The notes below the pieces were generated by a model. It ran no database searches. It had not been told where the DNA came from and saw only the letters and a program-made list of their open reading frames with translations. From assembly GCA_964384035.1 (NCBI GenBank), contig CAYLIB010000004.1, positions 5,340-69,339 of the forward strand: 64,000 bases of DNA, read 5' to 3'. Both the position numbers and the translations under genes were made by a program. This stretch comes from an uncultured Candidatus Saccharibacteria bacterium. Its GTDB lineage: Bacteria; Patescibacteriota; Doudnabacteria; UBA920. This document shows, in pieces, positions 19,914 to 28,733 of this stretch; the first letter of the stretch is position 1; the number at the start of each line of letters is the position of its first letter.

Positions 19914-19961
19914 ATGGATCGGGGAAAACCTATTTATTGGAAATCATACAATCATAGATGA
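19914..19961 (+). CDS. 15-codon upstream ORF whose TGA stop overlaps the ATG of the next gene (ATGA)
   Basis: AGGAGG lies 8 nt upstream; the uORF is embedded in a GC-rich structured leader. Confidence 0.3.
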   Translation: MDRGKPIYWKSYNHR

Positions 19962-20806
19962 CACGTCAGAGGCTTACTATTACTCTTAAGAACGATATAC
20001 TCAAATTGTTAGATGGGTATATTGATGGAGAAAAAATTAGAAATCGCAGTCATGCGGTTGAATTTTTATTATCTCAATCTTTAGTCCCTAAAGGGGTAAA
20101 AGTTTTAATTTTGGCTGGTGGAGAAGGGGTAAAATTTAGACCACTTACATATGAGTTACCTAAGGCAATGATTCCATTAGCTGGCAAACCTTTGTTAGAG
20201 CATACTATAGAAAGGTTAGTGAGGTCTGGGCTAACCGATATTATAGTTTCTATAGGGTATTTAGGTGAGAAAGTAAGAAATTATTTTGGAGATGGAACTA
20301 GATTTGGTGCGCATATAACTTATTTAGATCAGACCGGTCTTAAGAACGGAACCGCACAACCCTTAAGACAAGCGAGAAAATTGTTAGAAGGAAATAGTTT
20401 TTTACTTATTTACGGTGATGTTCTGGCAGATATTCATTATGCGGATTTAATAGAATTTCATAGAAGTGTTGCTGGTAGTCAGGTAACTATGGCGTTAACT
20501 TCTGTAGAAACTATTGCTCAGTGGGGAAGCGCACGTGTTGTGGGGAATAAAATTGTTGAATTTGTAGAGAAACCAAAAACTAAAAACGTAAGATCGCATT
20601 TGGTTAATGCAGGTATGTACGTAATAGAGCCAGCATTTTTCAATTTATTAGACGAAAAAGCAATAAGGTTGGAGAGCGATGTTTTGCCCAAACTTTCTGA
20701 GCAAGGCAAGCTCTCCGCGTACCCATTCGATGGGACTTGGTTCGATATTTCTACACCAGAAATTTACGAAAAAGCTTTAAAATTTTTGAAACAAATTAAC
20801 TCATAA
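19958..20806 (+). CDS. Ribbon-helix-helix (CopG-like) domain fused to a sugar-phosphate nucleotidyltransferase (RmlA/ManC-like)
   Basis: N-terminal RLTITLKNDILKLLDGYIDGEKIRNRSHAVEFLL, then LILAGGEGVKFRPLT...LAGKPLL. It has no SD of its own. Confidence 0.7.
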   Translation: MTRQRLTITLKNDILKLLDGYIDGEKIRNRSHAVEFLLSQSLVPKGVKVLILAGGEGVKFRPLTYELPKAMIPLAGKPLLEHTIERLVRSGLTDIIVSIGYLGEKVRNYFGDGTRFGAHITYLDQTGLKNGTAQPLRQARKLLEGNSFLLIYGDVLADIHYADLIEFHRSVAGSQVTMALTSVETIAQWGSARVVGNKIVEFVEKPKTKNVRSHLVNAGMYVIEPAFFNLLDEKAIRLESDVLPKLSEQGKLSAYPFDGTWFDISTPEIYEKALKFLKQINS

Positions 20807-20810
20807 ATAT

Positions 20811-22070
20811 ATGGATTTGAGTAAATTAAAAAAACTCGAGGATTTTGATGTTGCGGGGAAAAAGGTACTTCTTAGAGTTGCCTTTGACTTTAGTTTGAAA
20901 GAGGTAGATGGAAATATTTTTTCCCCTGATCACTCGAGGATAAGATCGGTAATACCTACTATTGAGTTTTTACTAAGTAAGGGTTGTAGTATTGGTTTGT
21001 TAACTTGGTTAAAGAGACCACAGGGTCAGGTAAATGAAAAACTTAGGTTAAAGCCTGTAGCTATAAAACTTTCGGAAATTTTAAATAAACCGGTAGAGGC
21101 TTTAAGTGATTGTGTGGGCGAAGAAGTGGCTATGAGGGTTAATGCTTTGAAACCCGGTGAGATTTTAATGCTAGAAAATGTGAGATTTCATGCTGAGGAA
21201 GAAAAAGGCGATGAGCTCTTTGCAAAAGAGTTAACTAAAGGTTTTGATTGTATAGTTTTTGAAGCATTTGCCCAAGCGCATAGGAAAAGCGCTAGCGTGA
21301 TTGGAATATGTAAAAATTTACCTGTTTGTATTGGTTTTTTAATGGAGAAGGAATTATCTAACTTGTCTAAAATTACTGATGATCCTGAAAGACCTTTTGT
21401 AGTAGTAGCGGGTGGAGCTAAGATATCTGACAAAGTAGATTTATTAGAGTTATTTTTGAAGAAAGCAGATTGTATTTTGGTGGGTGGTGCATTAGCAAAT
21501 ACTTTCCTGAAAGCAAGTGGGGTAAAAGTGGCGAATTCTTTGGTAGATGATCCGTCGGTTGATGCTGAAAAAGCTAATGGGTTCGATTCGACTGTTGTGG
21601 CGAAGAGACTGCTTGAAGAAGGAAAAACCACATTGTCTTTGGGTGATACTCAGGTAGATAAAGTTCAAATTCCTGTAGATTTATTAGCAGCAAAATCTCC
21701 AGATGATAGGGAGATAGTAACGGTGAATGTGGACAGGGGTGAGGAAATACCTGACGGGTATAGTTTTTTGGATATAGGTCCTAGGACGGTGGATATGTAT
21801 AATAGGGCGCTTAAAGGAGCCAGGCTTATTTTTGCTAACGGTCCTATGGGTTATTTTGAAAAGGAAAATTTTCAGGCAGGTACAAAAAAAATAGCCATAG
21901 GTATTATTGAGTCTGGTGCAATGAGTATTTTGGGTGGGGGTGATACGGAGTCCATGATAGAAAAATTTGATTTGCAAGGAAAGTTTGGGCATGTGTCAAC
22001 CGGTGGGGGTGCAGCTTTGGAATTTTTAGTGGGCAAGGAATTTGAAGTATTGCGCTATTTAATGAAATAG
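20811..22070 (+). CDS. pgk: Phosphoglycerate kinase
   Basis: VLLRVAFDF, FANGPMGYFE and STGGGA motifs. Confidence 0.9.
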   Translation: MDLSKLKKLEDFDVAGKKVLLRVAFDFSLKEVDGNIFSPDHSRIRSVIPTIEFLLSKGCSIGLLTWLKRPQGQVNEKLRLKPVAIKLSEILNKPVEALSDCVGEEVAMRVNALKPGEILMLENVRFHAEEEKGDELFAKELTKGFDCIVFEAFAQAHRKSASVIGICKNLPVCIGFLMEKELSNLSKITDDPERPFVVVAGGAKISDKVDLLELFLKKADCILVGGALANTFLKASGVKVANSLVDDPSVDAEKANGFDSTVVAKRLLEEGKTTLSLGDTQVDKVQIPVDLLAAKSPDDREIVTVNVDRGEEIPDGYSFLDIGPRTVDMYNRALKGARLIFANGPMGYFEKENFQAGTKKIAIGIIESGAMSILGGGDTESMIEKFDLQGKFGHVSTGGGAALEFLVGKEFEVLRYLMK

Positions 22071-22081
22071 CAAGAATAAAG

Positions 22082-22151
22082 AATAGAGAATGACGAATAA
22101 CGAATAGAAAGATTTTGAGACCATCCTTTATTCTTCATTCGTCATTCTCTA
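22082..22151. repeat. AT-rich 18-bp inverted repeat (GAATAGAGAATGACGAAT / ATTCGTCATTCTCTATTC) carrying the dispersed word GAATGACGAATAACGAAT
   Basis: Follows pgk; the same 18-mer recurs at 25201-25218. Confidence 0.5.
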
Positions 22152-22207
22152 TTCGAAGGGAAAAGAAAGATGATTTACATAATAAAATTAGCAAGATTAA
22201 GTGATAT

Positions 22208-23212
22208 ATGAATAAGTTACGTATAGCAATAAATGGATTTGGGAGAATAGGTAGAGTATTTTTTAGACAAGCATTTGAGAATCCTAATTTAGAGATTGTT
22301 TGTATACAGAGTAGGAGCGATATTTCTATGTATGCGCATCTGTTAAAGTATGATTCTGCTTTTGGTGTTTGGAGTAAAGAAGTAGGGGTTGATTCAGATG
22401 GTTTTGTTATAGATGGGAGAAGGATTCCTTTTATTCAGTCGACTGAACCAGAAGGGGATATTTGGCAAAAATATGATATAGATTTTGTTGTAGAAGCCAG
22501 TGGTAAACTAAAAAGTATCGATGAGGCGAGTAAGCATTTAGATGCTGGTGCAAGGCATGTTGTTCTTACTTCTCCTGGTTCACATGTAGATGGGACTTTT
22601 GTTTTTGGTATAAACCATGAGCAGTTTGAGTTAGGCAAGCATAAAGTCATTTCCGCTGCATCTTGCACCACAACTTGTACAGCTTTGGTGGTAAAGGTGC
22701 TTGAAGAAAGTTTTGGAGTTGAGAGCGGTTTTATAAATACCGTACATGCTTTTACCCAGGATCAGAATTTGCATGATGGAAGTCATAAAGATCTACGAAG
22801 AGCAAGAAGTGCAATGCAGTCAATTATTCCTACAAGTACCGGTGTTACTAAGGCTCTTGGTGAATTGTTTCCAGATCTTAAGGGTAAGTTTTCAGGAATA
22901 TCTTTTAGGGTACCAGTAATTGTGCCTTCTCTCATATCTGCTTCGTTTATTTTAAAGTCAAACCTCACAAAGGAAATTTTAAATGACGCTTTTATAAAAG
23001 CGAACGAGAGTAATCTTAAGAATTCCTTGGGTGTTACAAATTTACCACTTGTGTCAGTAGACTTAAAAGGTACGACTACAGGGGCTACTATTGATTTACT
23101 TTCAACGGAAATTGTAGATGGTAAAATGGCAAACATAGTTGCCTGGTATGATAACGAATGGGGTTACGTAGCTAACGTGATTAGGTTATTAGAATCTATT
23201 GTAAAGCAATAG
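22208..23212 (+). CDS. gap: Glyceraldehyde-3-phosphate dehydrogenase
   Basis: INGFGRIGR Rossmann motif and active-site region ASCTTTC. Confidence 0.9.
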   Translation: MNKLRIAINGFGRIGRVFFRQAFENPNLEIVCIQSRSDISMYAHLLKYDSAFGVWSKEVGVDSDGFVIDGRRIPFIQSTEPEGDIWQKYDIDFVVEASGKLKSIDEASKHLDAGARHVVLTSPGSHVDGTFVFGINHEQFELGKHKVISAASCTTTCTALVVKVLEESFGVESGFINTVHAFTQDQNLHDGSHKDLRRARSAMQSIIPTSTGVTKALGELFPDLKGKFSGISFRVPVIVPSLISASFILKSNLTKEILNDAFIKANESNLKNSLGVTNLPLVSVDLKGTTTGATIDLLSTEIVDGKMANIVAWYDNEWGYVANVIRLLESIVKQ

Positions 23213-23286
23213 ATTCTAGAAGATGGAATTGCATATTTTGGCGGCTTTTTTCCGATTTTCTGCGAGAAGCGAATCCTTTCAGTTCA

Positions 23287-23449
23287 GGACAGGCTGAGCC
23301 TGCTCCTCAACTGAAAGGATGCTCCCTCAGGCTTGCTACACCGGAGGGAGTAGTCTTTATTCCAGGACCGGCAAAGCCGGATCCTTGCATAAAGACTTCG
23401 CTGTTTCCCCCCGCGTACGCCCTGAGCAAGGACTGGCAAAGCCAGATCC
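23287..23449. repeat. Three copies of a GC-rich hairpin motif GGAC-N-GGC-(A/T)(A/G)-AGCC-N-GATCC within nested inverted repeats
   Basis: Copies at 23287-23306, 23365-23384 and 23430-23449; related copies at 33674-33692 and 37165-37178. Confidence 0.55.
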
Positions 23450-23552
23450 TTTCAGGAGTCCCTCCGTTCACTTCTCGAAAATCGAAAAAAATCCACTCAA
23501 AATCTGCAATTGAACTTGATTGAGTTAGTTTCTAAACACAAAAGGAGGTTGT

Positions 23553-23729
23553 ATGAATTTTACAGATAGCGAAAATATTCGGAGTGGGGATAGAAAGCCG
23601 AATCGGGTTTTGGTTTTGCGCGTACCTGGTGAGGATCCAAAACGCTTTTTGGTTGTCGCTTCTTCCAGGCGCGGGAAAAAACTTATTACCAAGGATCAGC
23701 AAGGAAAAATTCACAAGTTCGTGAATTAA
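23553..23729 (+). CDS. Small basic protein (58 aa), hypothetical
   Basis: Perfect SD AAAGGAGG 4 nt upstream of the ATG. It falls below the 60-aa cut-off of the supplied track; sequence MNFTDSENIRSGDRKPNRVLVLRVPGEDPKRF... Confidence 0.5.
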   Translation: MNFTDSENIRSGDRKPNRVLVLRVPGEDPKRFLVVASSRRGKKLITKDQQGKIHKFVN

Positions 23730-23740
23730 CGGAGTTATAA

Positions 23741-23851
23741 ATGAAATTTAGTACCGAACAAACTGATAAAAGTGCAGGAGAAGTACTCCTGGAATTGCTT
23801 ATTGCTGAAGGGGTTGTAAATCCACCCATAGAAGAAAATGACCCAGAATAA
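23741..23851 (+). CDS. Small acidic protein (36 aa), hypothetical
   Basis: GGAG lies upstream; MKFSTEQTDKSAGEVLLELLIAEGVVNPPIEENDPE. Confidence 0.3.
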   Translation: MKFSTEQTDKSAGEVLLELLIAEGVVNPPIEENDPE

Positions 23852-23864
23852 TTCTGGGTATTTT

Positions 23865-24605
23865 TTATAAACTTAACTTCGAGACAATTTGGCCGCCAGC
23901 GAGAATGGAAGTATTTTTTTGGATAACTGTACCACCTGCTTCTTTAACTATAAGTAAACCTGCTGCTACATCCCACAAATTTGCTTTATGAATAATACAT
24001 GCATCTAGTTGACCTTGGCTTACCCTAGTTAGGTCTGTGGCTATGGAGCCAAAAGTGCGGAATTTTATTTTTTCTTCTGCGAAATATTTTATAGTTTTTT
24101 GGTAGTCTCGATATCCTTCTGGGTTTCGAATAAGTCCTAGACCAATGAGGCTATTGCTAAGATTGTTTGTCGTGCTCACGTTAATAGCTTTTCCGTTACA
24201 AAATGCACCTCTGTCTTTTTCTGCCCAGATTATTTTTTCTTCTAGTGGTAGGGCAATACATCCGACTATGGTTTCTTCTTTATGAGTTAGGGCAATAGAA
24301 ATGGAAAAATATGGAATTCCATGCGAAAAGTTACTAGTGCCATCTATTGGGTCTATTATCCATCTATATTCAGATCCATTGTTTTGTTTTAGATTTTCTT
24401 CTCCTAAAAGGTCGTGGTGGGGGAATTTTTCTGAAATTACGTTTGAGATCTTCTTTTGAGAAAGAAGGTCATACTTGGTTACCCAATCAGCACTGATATT
24501 TGTATTTTTATTTGAGGTGGTAATTTTTTTTGTAAATGCGGTTCTTAATAACACCGATGATTCTTTTGCTGCAATTAAAGCTGTTTGAAGGAAAATTGAT
24601 TTCAT
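23865..24605 (-). CDS. Inositol monophosphatase family protein (SuhB/IMPase-like)
   Basis: WIIDPIDGTSNF motif. Confidence 0.75.
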   Translation of the reverse strand: MKSIFLQTALIAAKESSVLLRTAFTKKITTSNKNTNISADWVTKYDLLSQKKISNVISEKFPHHDLLGEENLKQNNGSEYRWIIDPIDGTSNFSHGIPYFSISIALTHKEETIVGCIALPLEEKIIWAEKDRGAFCNGKAINVSTTNNLSNSLIGLGLIRNPEGYRDYQKTIKYFAEEKIKFRTFGSIATDLTRVSQGQLDACIIHKANLWDVAAGLLIVKEAGGTVIQKNTSILAGGQIVSKLSL

Positions 24606-24667
24606 ATTTTAAGTATACCTGCGAACAGGTATTTTTGGAATTTATTGTCTGGTGGTAAAATTTTATT

Positions 24668-25213
24668 ATGTTAACTTTAATAGTTTTGTTTATTCTACTG
24701 ATTTACTCAATAGGATTACTTTTTGTAATAGGTAGTGCCTTTTGGGCTTTTGTTGTTACAAAAGTACCTTTTGTTCCGACACCTAGTAGAGACATTAAAC
24801 AATTAGTTGAGTATTTAAAGTTATCTCAAAAAGATAGAGTTTTGGATATAGGTAGCGGAAATGGGAGAGTGGTGTTTTTATTTGAAGAACTGGGGTGTGT
24901 TAAGGTAAGAGGCATAGAGGCTGGTAGATGGACCCATTATACAGCGCTTATAAACAAATATTTGAAAAAGTCACAAGCAGAATTTATAAGGGGTAACTTT
25001 TTTAAATCGGACTGGTCGGATGTAACTGTGTTATATTGTTATTTGTACCCACCATTAATGAAACGTGTAGGAGAGAAAGCGGGAGAGGAAATGAAACAAG
25101 GAGCAAGAGTGGTAAGTAGGGATTTTCCTATACCTAATTTAAAATTAGTAGAAACTTTAAAGATGGATCACAAGCATGAGTTTTATGTTTATAGGATATT
25201 GAATGACGAATAA
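24668..25213 (+). CDS. Class I SAM-dependent methyltransferase with an N-terminal TM helix
   Basis: VLDIGSGNGRVV motif I. Confidence 0.6.
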   Translation: MLTLIVLFILLIYSIGLLFVIGSAFWAFVVTKVPFVPTPSRDIKQLVEYLKLSQKDRVLDIGSGNGRVVFLFEELGCVKVRGIEAGRWTHYTALINKYLKKSQAEFIRGNFFKSDWSDVTVLYCYLYPPLMKRVGEKAGEEMKQGARVVSRDFPIPNLKLVETLKMDHKHEFYVYRILNDE

Positions 25214-25224
25214 CGAATGAAGAA
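25201..25224. repeat. Second copy of the dispersed repeat GAATGACGAATAACGAAT, overlapping the 3' end of the methyltransferase gene
   Basis: 18/18 identity with 22093-22110; related GAATAGAGAATAG words follow it. Confidence 0.4.
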
Positions 25225-25280
25225 TAGAGGATTTCGAATAGAGAATAGTGAATGATGAATGATAAACTTATGATAAATTT

Positions 25281-26537
25281 ATGAAGATATTTGCTGACTT
25301 TCATATACACTCTAGATATTCGCGGGCGTGTAGTAAGGATCTAACACCGGCGAATTTAAGTTTGTGGGCGAAGAAGAAGGGTATTCAGGTTTTGGGTACA
25401 GGAGATTTTACGCATCCAAAATGGGTTAATGAATTAGAAGAATCCTTCGAGGAGTCTTTACCAGGGCTTTATTGCCTGAGAGGTGAAAAGACTGGTCCCT
25501 ATTTTTTATTTACAGCGGAAGTGGCCTCTATTTATAAACAGGGGGATAAAACTAGGCGGGTGCATAATTTGCTTTTTGCGCCTTCTCTTGAGGCGGTGAA
25601 GAAGGTTAATAATGCCTTGGAAAAGAGAGGAGCGAATTTGAAGTCGGATGGTCGGCCTATTTTTAAAATTACATGTGAGGAGTTAATGAAGTTGTGTAAG
25701 GACGCGGATAGTAGAATGGAAATAATTCCTGCTCATGCTTGGACACCGCATTTTGGAATTTTTGGTTCAATGTCAGGATTTAATTCTATCGGGGAAGCTT
25801 TTGGTGATTATGCTAAATATGTTTTTGCTATTGAGACAGGGTTGTCTAGTGATCCCAAAATGAATTGGCAAGTGGGGCAATTAAATAATATTGCTTTAAT
25901 TTCAAATTCAGATGCGCATAGTCTTAGAAAACTTGGGAGAGAAGCGAATGTTTTTGAGATTGCTGAAAATGAATTAAGTTTTGATAAAATTATTAAAGTA
26001 ATCAAAAACAACAATCCTAAAGATTTTTTAAATACAATAGAATTTTTCCCTGAGGAGGGGAAGTATCACTTAGATGGTCACGCTGACTGCAAATTTAGTT
26101 GTTTACCAAGAGAGACGAAAAAAATGGGAGATGTGTGTCCCAAGTGCGGTAAAAAATTGCTTAAGGGTGTTTTGAATAGAGTAGAGATGCTTTCGGATAG
26201 AGTAGTTGAAAAGGGTAGAATACCTTATAAATCTATTATTCCTCTAGAAGAAGTTATAGCTGAAAGTATGGGTGTGGGGGTTAATAGTAAAAAGGTGGTT
26301 GAGGCTTATGAGAAAATGGTTAGTATGTATTCTGAGTTTAATATTTTGCTAGATTTAGAGCGGACGGAATTGGAAGCAATATCAAACCAGGTAATAACAG
26401 AGAGTGTTTTAAGAGTTAGGGAGGGGAGGGTGAGTATTGAACCGGGTTATGATGGCATATTCGGAAAAATAGAAATATATACGAATACTGAAAGAGAAAA
26501 AATTTTAAAAAAACCAAAACAAATTGAATTGTTTTAA
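25281..26537 (+). CDS. PHP-domain metal-dependent phosphoesterase with an internal zinc ribbon (Endonuclease Q / TIGR00375-like)
   Basis: N-terminal FADFHIHSRYSRACSKDL...GTGDFTHPKW PHP motifs and a CPKCGKK zinc ribbon. Confidence 0.55.
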   Translation: MKIFADFHIHSRYSRACSKDLTPANLSLWAKKKGIQVLGTGDFTHPKWVNELEESFEESLPGLYCLRGEKTGPYFLFTAEVASIYKQGDKTRRVHNLLFAPSLEAVKKVNNALEKRGANLKSDGRPIFKITCEELMKLCKDADSRMEIIPAHAWTPHFGIFGSMSGFNSIGEAFGDYAKYVFAIETGLSSDPKMNWQVGQLNNIALISNSDAHSLRKLGREANVFEIAENELSFDKIIKVIKNNNPKDFLNTIEFFPEEGKYHLDGHADCKFSCLPRETKKMGDVCPKCGKKLLKGVLNRVEMLSDRVVEKGRIPYKSIIPLEEVIAESMGVGVNSKKVVEAYEKMVSMYSEFNILLDLERTELEAISNQVITESVLRVREGRVSIEPGYDGIFGKIEIYTNTEREKILKKPKQIELF

Positions 26538-26670
26538 TTTTTATAAATCCCCATAAAAATGCGGATTTATTAATTATACTCTTGACGGATGTTAATAAAA
26601 GTATACCATTTTAGTTTGTTAGAAGCTCACTCAGCATAGGGCCGAGTGTAAAACACGCAACGGAGGATAT

Positions 26671-26856
26671 ATGACAGAAGAAGATGAAATAATTGACCGC
26701 CGCCAGGAAGCCTCCAGCGACGAAGTTACTGAATTGGGGCCAGAGACCCCTCCGAAGGGGAAAGATATTATGGCGCATCTCACACAGGTGGCTAATAATT
26801 CTGCGGCTATGAAAGCCGCAAGTACTTACCCTGTGCCGGGTTCATTAAATGCATAA
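26671..26856 (+). CDS. Small acidic hypothetical protein
   Basis: GGAGGA SD lies 5 nt upstream of the ATG; a hairpin plus T-run follows it. Confidence 0.35.
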   Translation: MTEEDEIIDRRQEASSDEVTELGPETPPKGKDIMAHLTQVANNSAAMKAASTYPVPGSLNA

Positions 26857-26921
26857 CTAGAGGAAAGCCTCTTTTTTTAATATCTGAAAATTGTTATAGT
26901 TTTTGTCGAAAGGATGGAAAT

Positions 26922-27284
26922 ATGAGAACTAATTTTATTAGGCCCCGAGTTGAATTTGTCGAAAATGGTGGTACAGTTATGCGTATGGTTGGGTATATTA
27001 CGATTCAGAATTTATCACAGGAAATACTATTTAGAGTCAGGGAACAACCTGAAATTATAGTACCTGAGGGGGATCTGGATTTTGAGGATCTTTACGCAGA
27101 TGATGCTTTGGTCAGGATTTTATTTCCTTGTATGAACTTATTCGACTTTCGGGCATTCTTTTTAGAGTACCCTAGGATCTCTTATTTGTACCAAATTGAT
27201 TCTGGGTTGTTGAAGTTGAAGGTTGGGGGTAGGTGTTATGAGCTGAATGTTGAAAGCGGTCAGTGTTTTCCTGTCGAGTCTTAA
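26922..27284 (+). CDS. Hypothetical protein
   Basis: 120-aa ORF with a weak SD. Confidence 0.4.
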   Translation: MRTNFIRPRVEFVENGGTVMRMVGYITIQNLSQEILFRVREQPEIIVPEGDLDFEDLYADDALVRILFPCMNLFDFRAFFLEYPRISYLYQIDSGLLKLKVGGRCYELNVESGQCFPVES

Positions 27285-27326
27285 GCAGGGCTTTTTTTAT
27301 TATTTTTTTTGTCATTATGCTAGAAT

Positions 27327-28721
27327 ATGCCTATGAAATCTACGAAAATTGTTTGTACTATAGGACCTTCTAGTGAAAAAATTGAAGTTTTAAGAGAGAT
27401 GGTAAAAGCAGGTATGAATGTGGCGAGGTTAAATTTTAGCCATGGTACCTATGAAAACCACGCTTTGTTAATGCAGAATATTCGAACTGTTTCTAAGGAG
27501 TTAGATGTACCCATAGCTATTATTCAGGACTTACAAGGACCGAAAATTCGGGTTGACTCGAAAACTGAGTTGTTTTCTATAACTGAGGGACAAGAAGTGG
27601 TAATAGGAAGAGACTTTGGTTTGGATTTTCCAATTCATGAGTCAGTTAAATCTGGGGAGAGAATACTAATACAGGATGGGTTAATTCAACTTAAGATAAA
27701 GCAAATAGAAGGTGAGTTAATTTTCTGTGAAGCGGTGAATTCGGGTGTAGTTAGAAAACATAAGGGTATAAATTTACCTGATAGTGATATTAAATTTCCG
27801 ATTCTTACTGAAAAAGACAAGAGAGACTTGGTTTTTGGATTAGGGGCAGATGTGGATTATGTCGCTGTCTCTTTTGTGAGAAATAAACAGGATGTCTTGC
27901 AAATAAAAGAATTAATAGCAACTCAAAGTTCTGCTAATTCAGAGCTTCCTTTGGTAATAGCAAAAATTGAAAGACCTGAGGCGATAAAAAACATTGATGA
28001 AATTATTTCTGTTGCGGACGCTATAATGGTAGCAAGAGGAGATATGGGGGTAGAGTTACCTGTAGAACAAGTCCCGGTTATTCAAAAGGATATAATAGAA
28101 AAATGTTTAAAACACGCTAAACCGGTTATTGTAGCAACTCAGATGCTTGAATCTATGATTTCTAATCCGAGACCAACGAGGGCTGAGGTGAGTGATGTAG
28201 CGAATGCGGTAATAGATCATACTGATGCGGTTATGCTTTCTGAGGAGAGTGCATTTGGCAATTTTCCTATTCCAGCAGTTACAGAGATGGCAAAGATTAT
28301 CGAAACTATCGAGTCTTCAAGATATGTTGGGCCTGGATATGTTTTTGAAGGAGCTGAAGAAGATAAAAATGTTGCTACAGTTGCGTATTCAGCAGGGGAA
28401 TTGGTAAAGGGGAGTGAGGCTAAGGCGATTATAGGTTTAACTCAGAGTGGATTAACGGCTAGAATGCTTGCGCATATGAGACCCAGTGTGCCAATTTTTA
28501 TGCTTACTGATAAACCCAAAGTTCATAGACAATTATGTTTGCTTCGAGGGGTATATCCGGTTTTGGTACCGAGTTATGAATCTGTGATGGAGCTTTTAGA
28601 TAAAGCGGTAGATGAAGTTAAGGCTAGGGGGTTGGTTAAGACAGGTGACTCGGTAGTACTTGTTACGGGGAGACCTTTAGGTGGAAAGGCTAATTTATTG
28701 GAATCGATTATTATTAATTAA
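27327..28721 (+). CDS. pyk: Pyruvate kinase
   Basis: KIVCTIGP...NVARLNFSHG...MVARGDMGVE motifs. Confidence 0.9.
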   Translation: MPMKSTKIVCTIGPSSEKIEVLREMVKAGMNVARLNFSHGTYENHALLMQNIRTVSKELDVPIAIIQDLQGPKIRVDSKTELFSITEGQEVVIGRDFGLDFPIHESVKSGERILIQDGLIQLKIKQIEGELIFCEAVNSGVVRKHKGINLPDSDIKFPILTEKDKRDLVFGLGADVDYVAVSFVRNKQDVLQIKELIATQSSANSELPLVIAKIERPEAIKNIDEIISVADAIMVARGDMGVELPVEQVPVIQKDIIEKCLKHAKPVIVATQMLESMISNPRPTRAEVSDVANAVIDHTDAVMLSEESAFGNFPIPAVTEMAKIIETIESSRYVGPGYVFEGAEEDKNVATVAYSAGELVKGSEAKAIIGLTQSGLTARMLAHMRPSVPIFMLTDKPKVHRQLCLLRGVYPVLVPSYESVMELLDKAVDEVKARGLVKTGDSVVLVTGRPLGGKANLLESIIIN

Positions 28722-28733
28722 TTTAGTTATACT

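Noticed and set aside
26581-26610. Promoter-like TTGACG ... TATACC upstream of the 26671 small ORF
   Set aside because: The spacer length does not fit (14 nt) and the -10 is poor. It is not reported as a feature.
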